Of a stretch of DNA of 64,000 bases, positions 8,728 to 19,340 are shown in pieces. Location: assembly GCA_003696105.1 (NCBI GenBank), contig RFGE01000022.1, forward strand, positions 4,177 through 68,176, given 5' to 3'. The position numbers were made by a program, and so were the translations under genes. The notes beneath the pieces were generated by a model. It was not told the DNA's origin. It searched no databases and saw nothing but the letters and a program-made list of their open reading frames with translations. Position 1 is the first letter of the stretch, and each line of letters opens with the position of its first letter. Source of the DNA: Deltaproteobacteria bacterium. GTDB lineage: Bacteria > Myxococcota_A > Polyangia > Haliangiales > J016.

Positions 8728-10374
8728 TCACCGCGGCCGGCCGGCGCGGTCGTGACGCGGCGCCGGCGCGCGCGGGCGGCCGACCCGTCGCGCGACCGCA
8801 TCGGCGAGTTGGGTCCACCACGCGGCGCGATCCGGGTGGTCGAACACCGCCGCATCCAAGGCCGCCCGATCGGCGCGGCGCACCTCGTCGGCGATCGGAC
8901 CGATCGGCCGGCGCGCGACCCGCTCGAGCGCCGTCGCCGCCGCCGGTGAGATGCGACGTGGGTCGACGACCGGCAGCGCGGCGGCTCCCGCGACCGTCCA
9001 CTCGAGGGCGCCCTCGCCCATCGACGCGCGCCCGAGCGACTCGATCGCCAGCGCGGTCCACGTCGAGTTGAGCACCGCCGCCAGCCGCGCCGCGGGCACG
9101 CCCGGCTTCGGCCGCACGGCGTAGACGCGCTGATCGCAGGCGATCGGCTCGGCGCAGCGGTGCTGCACGAACCGGTCGTGGTACGCCTTGGTGAAGAACA
9201 GCCGCGCGCGCTGCACCCGCAGCGCCCACCACGGATCGCGCGCGCGCAGCGTCCGCCGTGTGGCCACCTCCCGGCGCGACGCGAGATAGCGGCGCGCGCC
9301 GGGCAGCCGCGCGGCGCGGGCCGGGTCGACCGCGACGGCGACGAGCGGCGTCGCGCGCGGGTCGACGTCGATCCGGTCGGCCGGCCGTTTGAGCAGCGGC
9401 ACGAGCGCCTCGGGTTCGATGCCGAGCGCCGCCGCCCGCGCGCGCGGCAGGTAGAACACGTCGTTGGCGCCGGTCGTCGCGCCGCGCCGCACGTCCGCGA
9501 CCTCGCCGAGCGCGATCAACCGATCGCCGGCCGCCGCCGTGAACGCAAACCATGCGTCGGGCGCGGTGAGCAGCGCCCGCCACGCGCGCGGATCGTCTCC
9601 GGCGCGCACGTCGGCCACCGTCGCGAGCGAGCCGAGCGGGACCGCGGCGCGGGCGGTCGGCACGCGCAGCCGCGCGAGCGCGGTCGAACGCGAGTCGCGC
9701 GCGCCGCGCTCGAGCACGACGATCACCGCGTTGACCGCCGCGTCGGCGAACCAGCGCTCGCGCGGCGCGTCGACGACCGCGCGCACCGCCGCGTGGCGGC
9801 GAACGAACGCCCACAGCGTGTCGCCGTAGTCGGCGTCGACCAGCGCCGACGACACGACGAGCGCGACGCGGCCGCCGTCGGGGCGCGCGAACCGCAGCGC
9901 GCGCATCACGCACGCGGCGGCGAGATCGCCGCGCCGGACGACTCGATCGAGCGCGGCCGCCGGAGCGTCCGGCCAGTCCGCGGCCAGCCGTGCGCGCACC
10001 CGCGCGCGCGCCGCCGCCGGGAGCCGCTCGGCGCGCACGTACGGCGGGTTGCCGGCGACGACGTCGAACGGCGCGGGCGGCCGCGCGAACAGGTCGCCGG
10101 CGATCACGCGGGCGCCCGGCACGCGCGCGCGCGCGACCGCCGCGTGTGCCGGATCGAGTTCGATGCCGACGACCTGCGACGCGCCGGCGCGGCGTGCGCC
10201 GGCGAGAAACGCCCCGTCGCCGCAGGCCGGGTCGAGCACCCGCGCGCCGGGGCCGGCACCGGCGAGCGCGAGCGCGAGGTCGACGACGGCGGGCGGCGTG
10301 AACCACTGGCCGAGGTCGCGACGGCGGCGGGCGGCGGGCGCGGGCACGGCGTCATTATCGCGCCCGGCACCCAC
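8728..10374 (-). CDS. N6-adenine DNA methyltransferase (gamma-class, Eco57I/TaqI-like), solitary
   Basis: Motif I VLDPACGDGAFL, motif IV VAGNPPYV, and a ~300-aa C-terminal region (putative target-recognition domain). No nuclease gene is adjacent. Confidence 0.85.
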   Translation of the reverse strand: MGAGRDNDAVPAPAARRRRDLGQWFTPPAVVDLALALAGAGPGARVLDPACGDGAFLAGARRAGASQVVGIELDPAHAAVARARVPGARVIAGDLFARPPAPFDVVAGNPPYVRAERLPAAARARVRARLAADWPDAPAAALDRVVRRGDLAAACVMRALRFARPDGGRVALVVSSALVDADYGDTLWAFVRRHAAVRAVVDAPRERWFADAAVNAVIVVLERGARDSRSTALARLRVPTARAAVPLGSLATVADVRAGDDPRAWRALLTAPDAWFAFTAAAGDRLIALGEVADVRRGATTGANDVFYLPRARAAALGIEPEALVPLLKRPADRIDVDPRATPLVAVAVDPARAARLPGARRYLASRREVATRRTLRARDPWWALRVQRARLFFTKAYHDRFVQHRCAEPIACDQRVYAVRPKPGVPAARLAAVLNSTWTALAIESLGRASMGEGALEWTVAGAAALPVVDPRRISPAAATALERVARRPIGPIADEVRRADRAALDAAVFDHPDRAAWWTQLADAVARRVGRPRAPAPRHDRAGRPR

Positions 10375-10418
10375 GCCGGGCCGGCACCGGCCGGCGATCT
10401 ACGGTAGAGTCCGGGGCG

Positions 10419-10865
10419 ATGCCGATGCTCAAACCGGGCGACAAGGCCCCCGACTTCCAAGTCACCGCGCACGACGGCTCGACCGTGCGCCTGTCCGACT
10501 GCGCGGGCAAGCGCGTCCTGTTGTGGTTCTACCCGAAAGCCGACACCCCCGGTTGAACGATCGAGGGCAAGGGATTCCGGGACCGAATCCGCGAGTTCGA
10601 CAGCAAGAACACGGTCGTCTACGGCGTGTCGTTCGACACGGTCGACGAAAACCGCGCGTTCGCCGAAAAGTTTTCGTTTCCGTTTCTGCTGCTGTGCGAC
10701 ACGGACCGCACCATCGGCCTGGCCTATGGCGCCGCCGACGCGCCGGACGCGGGCTACGCGAAGCGCATCTCGTACCTCATCGGCCCCGACGGGACGATCG
10801 AACGGGTGTACGAGTCGGTCGACGTGAACGCACATCCGGCCCAGGTGCTCGCCGACATCGGATAG
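10419..10865 (+). CDS. bcp: Bcp/PrxQ-type peroxiredoxin with in-frame TGA (probable selenocysteine) at the peroxidatic position
   Basis: ATG 10419, then MPMLKPGDKAPDFQVTAHDGSTVRLSDCAGKRVLLWFYPKADTPG[TGA 10554..10556]TIEGKGFRDRIREFDSKNTVVYGVSFDTVDENRAFAEKFSFPF.... This is one continuous frame with the track ORF 10626..10865. The TGA aligns with Cys of the FYPKAxTPGC(T) motif. Confidence 0.8.
10561..10600 (+). promoter_or_regulatory. candidate bacterial SECIS hairpin
   Basis: Starts 5 nt after the TGA. Lower stem is TCGAG (10561..10565) with TTCGA (10596..10600). Upper stem is GGATTC (10572..10577) with GAATCC (10585..10590). The apical loop CGGGACC is G-rich. Folded by eye only. Confidence 0.4.
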
Positions 10866-11036
10866 GAGCGCCACGGCGCACAGGCGCGCCGGCGGAAGTG
10901 CCACGGGCGAGGGTCGGCGCACGCTCGCAGCGCACGAGGGCGCATATGAACGTGCGGTACCGGAAGGCGCGAGGGCGTACACCGGCGATCGCCGTCCGAT
11001 CGCGGCCGCAGCCAGTGGCTAGGCGCAACGTCCGGC
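10865..11036 (+). mobile_element. MITE-like element, copy A (degenerate 3' end)
   Basis: Collinear with 27521..27696 and 58342..58516 (TAGGAG...AGGCGCGCC...GGCGCACGC..GCAGCGCACGAGGGCGC...GATCGCC...GCAGCCAGTGGCTAGGCGCAAC). The 5' TA is part of the bcp TAG stop. The 3' end overlaps the last codons of the kinase gene. Confidence 0.65.
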
Positions 11037-12734
11037 GAGTCGTTCGCCTACCGCGGCGCCGGCGGGTGCGCGCTCGGCTGCGCCTGCGCGATAGGCCGGC
11101 AGCCAGATCGTGAATCGCGCGCCGCCGCCGTCGCGGTTGGCGGCGTGTAGCGTCCCGCCGGCGCGCTCGATCAACTGCCGCGAGATCCACAAGCCGAGCC
11201 CAGTCCCCTCGCCGGGAGGCTTCGTCGTGAAAAACGGCTCGAACAGATGGTCCATCGCGCCGGCCGCGATGCCCGGCCCGTCGTCGTCGACGTCGATCTC
11301 GACGCCGCCGCCTGCGGGGGCCGCGCGGACGACGATCGCGCCGGTGCGGCCGTCCATCGCGGCGCGCGCGTTGAGGATCAAGTTGACGAGGACTTGTGCC
11401 AGTTCGCCGGGATAGCCGGCGACACAGTCGACGCCGGCGGCGAGATCGACGCGAACCGAGGGTCCGGCGCGCAGCGCGGGCGCCGTCGTCTCGATCGCAT
11501 CGTCGACCGCGGCCGCGACGGACACCGGGCCCGGCGGCCCCGGATCGCGCCGGCTCGCGCGGGACAGTCGCGCGGCGATGCGCCGGATGCGCTCGATCGA
11601 CCGCTCGAGCGCTGCGACGTCCTCTCGCTCGTCGTCGCGCGCGCGGTGCAACAACAACGCGGCGCTCGCCGACACGACCATCAACGCGTTGTTGATCTCG
11701 TGCGCGATGCTCGACGCCATCACGCCCACGGTCGCGAGTTGTTCCTGATGGGCCAACGCGCGCACCATCTCGACCCGCTGCCGCGCGTGGCGCCGCTCGG
11801 ACCACAGGAGCCACGCAGCCGCGCCAGCGACCAGCAGGATCGCGACCGCGGCGATCGCGCCGAGCCGGTGCGCGGCCGCCGTCACCGGGGCGGCGAGCGC
11901 CGCGTCGCTCGCCGCGGCGACGACCGACCACGCGCCGCCCGTCCCCGGCACGGCGGCGACGGCGCGGGTCGCGGCGCCGTCGCGCGGCGGAGCGGGTCGC
12001 GCGCCGGCGGCGTACAACACGGCGCCATCCGGGCCGACGACCCACGCGCCGCTGTCGTCGCCCGCGTCGCCCTCGCCGCGCAAGTCGGCGAGCGCGGCGG
12101 CGGCCAGGGCCGCGGCGTCGATGTTGACCGACAGCCGCAGGCCCGACGCCAGCGGCGTGTCGAACGTGAGGTCGCCGCCGTGGCGGAGACATGCGTCGCA
12201 CACGCCGTAGCCGCCGCCGTGCGCGGCGACCCGGTGCCGGTGGCCGGCGTGCGCCGCGGCCGCCGCGGCCGGGGCGAGGTCGTCGGTCGCGAGCACCCGC
12301 CCCCGCCCGTCGTGCACCAGCAGGTGAATGCCGGCGGCGCGATCGTCGTCGGTGAGCCACGCGGCCAGCCGCGCGTGCAGCGCGGCCGGGTCGGTCGTGG
12401 CATCGACCTCCGCCGCCGCGCGGGCCGTCGGGTCGCCGAACCGGTGCCGGACGTCCGCGAGCGTCGCACCGATGCGCGCCGCCGCCTGGCGAGCGAGGCG
12501 CGCTCGGTCGCGCGCGGCGAACTGGCGGGCGACCGCCGCCGTGTGGTGTGCGCCGGCGGCCGCGACGGCCGCGGCCGCGAGCGCGGCCGCGGCGAGCAGA
12601 GCGACCGGCAACGACAGACGGCGGAGTTGCGACGGCGCTGCGACCACAGCCGCACGCGATGCAAGCGCGCTGCCAGGCAAACCCCTCGATACGGCCGCGT
12701 GGCCGCTGCCCGCCGCCGGCGCCTGCGTTTCCAA
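11019..12734 (-). CDS. sensor histidine kinase (TM/periplasmic sensor, HisKA, HATPase_c)
   Basis: H-box SIAHEINNAL, N/G boxes LILNARAAM, DDGPGI, GTGLGLWISRQLIERAGG. The N-terminus has a TM segment (LPVALLAAAALAAAAVAAAGA). The start is uncertain. Confidence 0.88.
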   Translation of the reverse strand: METQAPAAGSGHAAVSRGLPGSALASRAAVVAAPSQLRRLSLPVALLAAAALAAAAVAAAGAHHTAAVARQFAARDRARLARQAAARIGATLADVRHRFGDPTARAAAEVDATTDPAALHARLAAWLTDDDRAAGIHLLVHDGRGRVLATDDLAPAAAAAAHAGHRHRVAAHGGGYGVCDACLRHGGDLTFDTPLASGLRLSVNIDAAALAAAALADLRGEGDAGDDSGAWVVGPDGAVLYAAGARPAPPRDGAATRAVAAVPGTGGAWSVVAAASDAALAAPVTAAAHRLGAIAAVAILLVAGAAAWLLWSERRHARQRVEMVRALAHQEQLATVGVMASSIAHEINNALMVVSASAALLLHRARDDEREDVAALERSIERIRRIAARLSRASRRDPGPPGPVSVAAAVDDAIETTAPALRAGPSVRVDLAAGVDCVAGYPGELAQVLVNLILNARAAMDGRTGAIVVRAAPAGGGVEIDVDDDGPGIAAGAMDHLFEPFFTTKPPGEGTGLGLWISRQLIERAGGTLHAANRDGGGARFTIWLPAYRAGAAERAPAGAAVGERLAGRCA

Positions 12735-12783
12735 CTTGGTGCGGAGGGGATTCCAAGTCGGCTGTGCGCGGATGTGCGCCCGA

Positions 12784-13713
12784 TCAGACGCTGGCGGCGA
12801 TGCAGGCCTCGAACAGGTCCGGGTCGACGTTTCCGCCGGTGACGACGATCGCCGTCGCCCCCGCCGGCGCCGCGGCGACCGCGCCGGAGCGCACGGCAGC
12901 GACGGCGACGGCGCCGGTCGGCTCGACGATCTGGCCGAGGCGGCGGTAACACCACGCGACCGCGGCGCGGATGGCCTCCTCCGACACGAGCCCGATCTCC
13001 GCCACCCCGTCGCGCACCGCCGCGAACGTGCGCTCGCACACCGCCCCCTCGCACCCCTCGGCGATCGTCGGCGCCCCCCGGTAGTGCGTGAGCGCGCGCC
13101 CCTGTCGCAGCGACTCGTACATCGCGCAGTTCGCGCGCGGCTGCGCGCCGGCGACGTCGATGCCGCGCGGGCGCAGCCGCCGGACGAGGCCGGCGATCAA
13201 GCCGCCGCCGCCGACGGGAGCGATCACGCGCGCGAGATCGGGGATCTGGGCGACGAGTTCGTCGGCGAGACCGCCGCCGTTGCCCTCGATGACGTCGTCG
13301 TCGTCGAACGGGGAGACGAAGGCCGCCCCCGTCGCGCGTGCGGCGGCGCGCGCCGCGGCTTCCGCGGCGTCGTAGCCGGCGCCCTCGACGACGACTCGCG
13401 CGCCGAGCCGCGCGATCGCGTCGCGCTTGACCGCCGGGGTGGTCTCCGGGACGTACACGGTCACGGCCGCGCCGACGTGGCGCGCCGCGTAGGCGAGCCC
13501 CTGGCCGTGGTTGCCCGCCGACGCGGCCACGACGCCGCGCGCGCGCACCTCCGCCGGCATCGCCCGGAGCTTGCGCCACGCGCCGCGCGCCTTGAACGAG
13601 CCGGTGACCTGGAGGTTTTCCAGCTTGAAGTACAGCGCCCCGCGGGCGACGACCGGCGTCTGCCGAAGCACGCACCGACGGTAGCACGCCGCGCGCCGAC
13701 GGCCGCGCGGCAC
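12784..13713 (-). CDS. PLP-dependent threonine/serine dehydratase family enzyme
   Basis: FKLENLQVTGSFKARGA (PLP-Lys motif), ASAGNHGQGLAYAA, PVGGGGLIAG. Confidence 0.85.
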   Translation of the reverse strand: MPRGRRRAACYRRCVLRQTPVVARGALYFKLENLQVTGSFKARGAWRKLRAMPAEVRARGVVAASAGNHGQGLAYAARHVGAAVTVYVPETTPAVKRDAIARLGARVVVEGAGYDAAEAAARAAARATGAAFVSPFDDDDVIEGNGGGLADELVAQIPDLARVIAPVGGGGLIAGLVRRLRPRGIDVAGAQPRANCAMYESLRQGRALTHYRGAPTIAEGCEGAVCERTFAAVRDGVAEIGLVSEEAIRAAVAWCYRRLGQIVEPTGAVAVAAVRSGAVAAAPAGATAIVVTGGNVDPDLFEACIAASV

Positions 13714-13745
13714 GATAGCCGATCACACGGCCGCACGATCGCGGA

Positions 13746-15071
<1,326 letters not shown>

Positions 15072-15187
15072 GAACCCGCCATGCTGGACAACCGGCGAGG
15101 CGCTGTCAACGCAAATCGGCGCGCCGCCCAGGCCATCGCGATCGGCCGCCGGCCGGCCTCGGCGCGCGGTCGGTCTACAATGAAGCC

Positions 15188-16690
15188 ATGGCCCCGCCGC
15201 GATCGCCGCTGCTGCCCGCCCTCGGCGATCCGCTGGTCGACCTGCTCGACGCGGCGGGCGTCGGCATCTCGATCACCGTGGACCGCGGCGATCGGCTCGA
15301 ACGCCTCTACGTCAACCGCGCGGCCGCCGACCTGCTCGGCTACGGGGTCGACGAAGTGGCCGACATGCCGCCGATGCTGCCGGTCGCCGCCGACGAGCGC
15401 GACCGCGTCGCGTTCATCGCGCGGCGCGCGCGGGACACCGGCGCGGCCCCCGCGCCGCTGACCACCGCGCTCGTCGCCCGCGACGGCCGCCGCATACCGG
15501 TCGAGCTGACGTTCGCGCGCACCGAGTACCGCGGCTTGCCCGCGACGATCGCGTTCATCCGCGACGTGACGGACCGAGCGGCGATCGCCGCGGCGCTGCG
15601 AGAGTCGGAGCACCGGTTCCGCTCGCTCGCCGACGAGGCGCCCGACTCCATCACCGTGGCCGCGGATGGCCGATTCGTGTACGCAAACCGGGCTGCGGCG
15701 GCGGCGCTCGGCTACGACGAGCCGGATGAATTGATCGGCAAACCCGTGGCCGCCATCGTCCCGTCCGACGAGCTGCCGCGCATGCGCGAACGCATGGCGC
15801 GAGCGCTCGCCGGCGAGCGACTCGGGCCGAGCGAGTACACCGGGATCCGCAAGGACGGCGGCCGCATGACGATGGAAATCTCGTCGGTGCGCGTCGCGTG
15901 GGACGGACGCCCGGCACTGCTCGGCGTCGGACGCGACGTGAGCGATCGCCGCCGGCGCCAGGAGGAGATCATCCGCGCCAGCCAGCTTGCCGCCGTCGGC
16001 CAGCTCGCCGCCGGCGTCGCCCACGAGATCAACAACCCGCTCACCTTCGTGCTGCTGAACCTCGAGCGCATCCGCCGCGAACTCGCCGCCAGCCCGCTGT
16101 CGCACTTGCAGCAGCACGTCGAAGACGTGATCGACGGAGCCGAGCGCATCCGCGCCGTCGTCGGCGACCTGCTGTCGTTTGCCCGCGCGCCCGCCGCCGG
16201 GCGCACCCCGGCGCCCGTCGATGTGGTCGCCGTGGTGGACTCGGCGCTGCGGCTCGCGGGCCACGCGCTGCGCCGGTGCGCCCGCGTCGAGCGCACCGTC
16301 GCCGCCGTGCCGCCGGTGCCGATCGACCGCGCTCGCCTCGGGCAAGTCGTGCTCAACGTGCTCCTCAACGCAGCCGACGCGCTCGACGGCCGCGATCCGG
16401 ATAGCGGTCACATCGCGGTGCGTGTCACCGAAGCGCCGCCCGGCGCGGTCGAGATCGCGATCTCCGACAACGGGCCTGGCGTCGCCGAATCCGACGTCGA
16501 CCGGGTGTTCGAGCCGTTTTTCACGACCAAGCCGGCCGGCCGGGGCACGGGCCTCGGGCTCGCGATCTGCCGCACGATCGTCGAGGCGGCCGGCGGTTCG
16601 ATCGCGCTGGACTCGCATCCGGGGACCGGCACGACGGTCCGCATTCGTCTCCCGACCGCGCGCGAACCGAAGTCGGGTGCCGGCCGCTGA
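15188..16690 (+). CDS. PAS-domain sensor histidine kinase (cytoplasmic)
   Basis: Two PAS-like modules (RDGRRIPVELTFA.., RKDGGRMTMEISS..), H-box GVAHEINNPL, HATPase_c (DNGPGV, GTGLGLAICR). Confidence 0.9.
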   Translation: MAPPRSPLLPALGDPLVDLLDAAGVGISITVDRGDRLERLYVNRAAADLLGYGVDEVADMPPMLPVAADERDRVAFIARRARDTGAAPAPLTTALVARDGRRIPVELTFARTEYRGLPATIAFIRDVTDRAAIAAALRESEHRFRSLADEAPDSITVAADGRFVYANRAAAAALGYDEPDELIGKPVAAIVPSDELPRMRERMARALAGERLGPSEYTGIRKDGGRMTMEISSVRVAWDGRPALLGVGRDVSDRRRRQEEIIRASQLAAVGQLAAGVAHEINNPLTFVLLNLERIRRELAASPLSHLQQHVEDVIDGAERIRAVVGDLLSFARAPAAGRTPAPVDVVAVVDSALRLAGHALRRCARVERTVAAVPPVPIDRARLGQVVLNVLLNAADALDGRDPDSGHIAVRVTEAPPGAVEIAISDNGPGVAESDVDRVFEPFFTTKPAGRGTGLGLAICRTIVEAAGGSIALDSHPGTGTTVRIRLPTAREPKSGAGR

Positions 16691-16698
16691 CGGCGCCG

Positions 16699-17964
16699 CT
16701 ACTTCGACGGACACGGAGGATCGCCGGACAGCGCCGGCACGGAATCCTCCGGTACGACCGCGCGGAACACGGCGCCGCGCCCGCTCAGCGGCGCGGCCCG
16801 ACCGAATGCCGCCAGCACCGCGAACCCGGCCAGACCGACGCCGCCGCACCAGTACAGCGCCGCGGCGGGCCCGTAGGACGCCGCGATCGGCAGGAATACG
16901 GCGCCGATCATGAACGAGCGCTTCGCGATGCTCTCGATGGACAGCACGGTCGCGCGGTGATCGGAACTGGCGATCTGCCGGTTGAGCAGCGGCTTGACCA
17001 GCGGCGAGTACAGGCCGGTCGCGATCGCTTGCACGAGCAACAACATCATCACCCACTCGCTGCGAACCTGGCCGAGCAACAGGAAGCTGCCGGCCAGCGC
17101 GATCAACACGCCCCACACGAGCACGTCCTCGCCGTACTGGCGGCGCAGCGCGTCGGCCTGGTGAGCGACGAACGACGCCACCGCATAGACGCCGGCGAAA
17201 ATGAACCCCACCTCCGCGTAGCCGAACGACTGGGCCTTCAGCAGCGGCTGGTAAAGGTACGCGATCGCCTTGAGCAGCGCGAACACCACAGCCGCATAGC
17301 CGATCACCCACAGCAGCGCCCGATTGCTGCGCGCGGCGCGCAACGACTCGCGCATATGGCGGAAGTAGGCGCGCGCCTCCTCGCGCGCCGGCCGCAGCGG
17401 CCGCGACACGATCGCGGCGCGCTCGCCGTCCATCAGCAACGCGACCCCGAACGCGGCTGCCGACACGGCGGCCGTCGCCAGATACGGCAGCGCAAGGTCG
17501 ATCTCCGCGAGCACACCCCCCGCCGCAAACGCCAGCGTCTGGCCGGCGAAGTGCCACGCGGACGCGCGCCCCTCGTGGTGCGCGTATTCGTCCGCGCGAC
17601 CGTTGTCGACGAGCAAGTCGAACAGGTAGGCCGAATCCGCGCCCGAGCACAGAGACATCGAGGTCGCCGCCAGCACCTCCGCGATGGCGAACGCAGCGAA
17701 GCCGTGCGCGAAGTACGCCGTGACGCACGCCGCGACCATCGCGAGTGTCCCCGCCATCATGGAGCGGCGCCGGCCAATGCGGTCGGCGAACGCGCCCGTC
17801 GGGATTTCGACGAGGATGACGACGCCGCAGTAGATCGCGCCGAGAATGGAAATCTCGCTCCACTGTAGCCCGCGCGACTCGAAGAAGTAGACGAAGATCG
17901 GCACCCACAGGTACGAGGTCGCCAGCAGCCGGAACAGGTAGAACAGGCGAAGGTCGCGAGCCAT
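16699..17964 (-). CDS. MFS transporter
   Basis: 421 aa with about 12 hydrophobic segments and the MFS loop motif GAFADRIGRRRS. The ATG overlaps the upstream stop (ATGA at 17964). Confidence 0.85.
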   Translation of the reverse strand: MARDLRLFYLFRLLATSYLWVPIFVYFFESRGLQWSEISILGAIYCGVVILVEIPTGAFADRIGRRRSMMAGTLAMVAACVTAYFAHGFAAFAIAEVLAATSMSLCSGADSAYLFDLLVDNGRADEYAHHEGRASAWHFAGQTLAFAAGGVLAEIDLALPYLATAAVSAAAFGVALLMDGERAAIVSRPLRPAREEARAYFRHMRESLRAARSNRALLWVIGYAAVVFALLKAIAYLYQPLLKAQSFGYAEVGFIFAGVYAVASFVAHQADALRRQYGEDVLVWGVLIALAGSFLLLGQVRSEWVMMLLLVQAIATGLYSPLVKPLLNRQIASSDHRATVLSIESIAKRSFMIGAVFLPIAASYGPAAALYWCGGVGLAGFAVLAAFGRAAPLSGRGAVFRAVVPEDSVPALSGDPPCPSK

Positions 17965-19340
17965 CAGCGCAGCTCCGCCGGCCGCTCGTCGGCGGTCAAG
18001 ATCAAGATCGCCTCGGCGGCGGTGATCCGGCCCACGTCGTCGCCGTCGACCAGCGCGCGCGCCAGCGGCGCGAGGTCGACCTGCGCGTCCAACCGCCGAA
18101 GGGCGATCGCGGCGTCCACCCGCAGCGCGCTCGCGCCGAGCTGCTCGACCAGCGCGTCAACCGCGCGGGTGTCCCCGAGCGCAGCCAGCGCGTGGGCCGC
18201 GCCGACGCGGTCGCCCGCGGTGAGGATGTCGGCCAGCGCGTCGCGCGCCTCGTCGTAGCCGGCGGCGCCGAGGGCCACTGCCGCGCGCGTGCGCGCAACG
18301 CGCGCCGAACCCGCGAGGGCTTCGCGCAGCACCGCGAGCCCGGCGTCGTCGCCGAGCAGCGCGAGCGCCGCGGCGGCCCCGAGCCGGTGCGTGCGCACGC
18401 GCAGCATCGCGCGCAGCGCGGTGCGGCCGGCGTCGTTGCCGAGCCGCGCGAGCGATCGCGCGGCGTCGAGGCGCACGTCGCGGCTCGGATCGCGCAACGC
18501 CGCCTCGAGCGCCGCTACGCCGCGCGCGTCGCCGGACCGGGCGAGCACGTACGCGACGCGCAGGCGCGCGGCCGGGCTCGGCTCCTCGTCGAGCCGCCGG
18601 CCGAGCGCGGCGAGCGCGTCCGGATCGCGCACGCGGGCGAGCGCGAGCGCGGCGTCGCGCGCCAGCCGAGGCGACGGCGACCGCATCAGCTCGCGCAGCG
18701 CGCCGACGGCGGCGTCGCGCAACACCGCCGGATCGACGCGCGCGTCCGCGGCCGGCGGCGGGGCGGGCTCCGGCGCCGGCGCCGGCGCGACGGGCGCATC
18801 CGTCGCGGCGGTCGCATCCGTCGGAGACGACGGCGACACCGCGTCGACGATCGCGATCGCCATGCCCCCGACGCAGACCGCCCCGGCGATCGCGAGCGCG
18901 CGGCGCTTGTTTCCGCGCCGGCCGGCCGCCGGCGACGCCGCACCGCGCTCCTCCGCGTCGATGCGCGCCTGCGCGCGCTCGTCCCACGTGTGCCCGCGCC
19001 CGACGACCGGGGCCGACACCGGTGACGCGGGCTCGTCGTCCCACAAGTCGTCGACGTCGCGCGGCGAATCGGCGACCCGCGCGACGGCCTCGTCGGCGCG
19101 CTCGTACCACGCCACGCTCATCGCGGTCTCCTCGGCGCGCGCCGGCGTGTTTTCGGCGCGCACCTCGATCGGCGGTGCGCGATCGGCGTCCGCGGCCGCG
19201 TCGCCGTCGGCGCAGGCCGCCGGTGCGCCGTCGGCACAGGCTGCCGAGCAGTACGTGTACACGTGCCCGCCTCGCACCCGCGCGACCGGCGCACGCGCGG
19301 GATCGATCGGACGCTGGCAGGTGGGACAGACGGCGGTCAC
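17964..19340 (-). CDS. TRASH-type zinc-ribbon / single-TM / HEAT (PBS-lyase-like) repeat protein
   Basis: GTG 19340 overlaps the upstream stop (GTGA). The N-terminus CPTC-x22-CSAAC fits TRASH (C-x2-C-x19-22-C-x3-C). TM segment ALAIAGAVCVGGMAIAIVDAV. The C-terminus has repeated RDP..RL.AA.ALARLGD..A..AL HEAT-like units. Confidence 0.75.
   Translation of the reverse strand: MTAVCPTCQRPIDPARAPVARVRGGHVYTYCSAACADGAPAACADGDAAADADRAPPIEVRAENTPARAEETAMSVAWYERADEAVARVADSPRDVDDLWDDEPASPVSAPVVGRGHTWDERAQARIDAEERGAASPAAGRRGNKRRALAIAGAVCVGGMAIAIVDAVSPSSPTDATAATDAPVAPAPAPEPAPPPAADARVDPAVLRDAAVGALRELMRSPSPRLARDAALALARVRDPDALAALGRRLDEEPSPAARLRVAYVLARSGDARGVAALEAALRDPSRDVRLDAARSLARLGNDAGRTALRAMLRVRTHRLGAAAALALLGDDAGLAVLREALAGSARVARTRAAVALGAAGYDEARDALADILTAGDRVGAAHALAALGDTRAVDALVEQLGASALRVDAAIALRRLDAQVDLAPLARALVDGDDVGRITAAEAILILTADERPAELR

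Noticed and set aside
7775-10306. Very long Arg/Ala/Gly-rich ORFs on the opposite strand or in alternative frames of real genes. Examples: 7775..10306, 10777..12756, 27696..29837, 30603..33680, 33340..35217, 60125..61966.
   Set aside because: These are typical shadow ORFs of a very GC-rich genome. They have extreme Arg/Pro/Gly composition and no recognisable motifs. Each overlaps a frame that carries clear family motifs.
10554-10556. Reading the in-frame TGA in bcp as a pseudogene-inactivating nonsense mutation.
   Set aside because: It is the only lesion. It falls exactly on the catalytic Cys codon, both halves keep the coding signature, and a hairpin follows. A pseudogene remains the fallback if the genome lacks selABCD.
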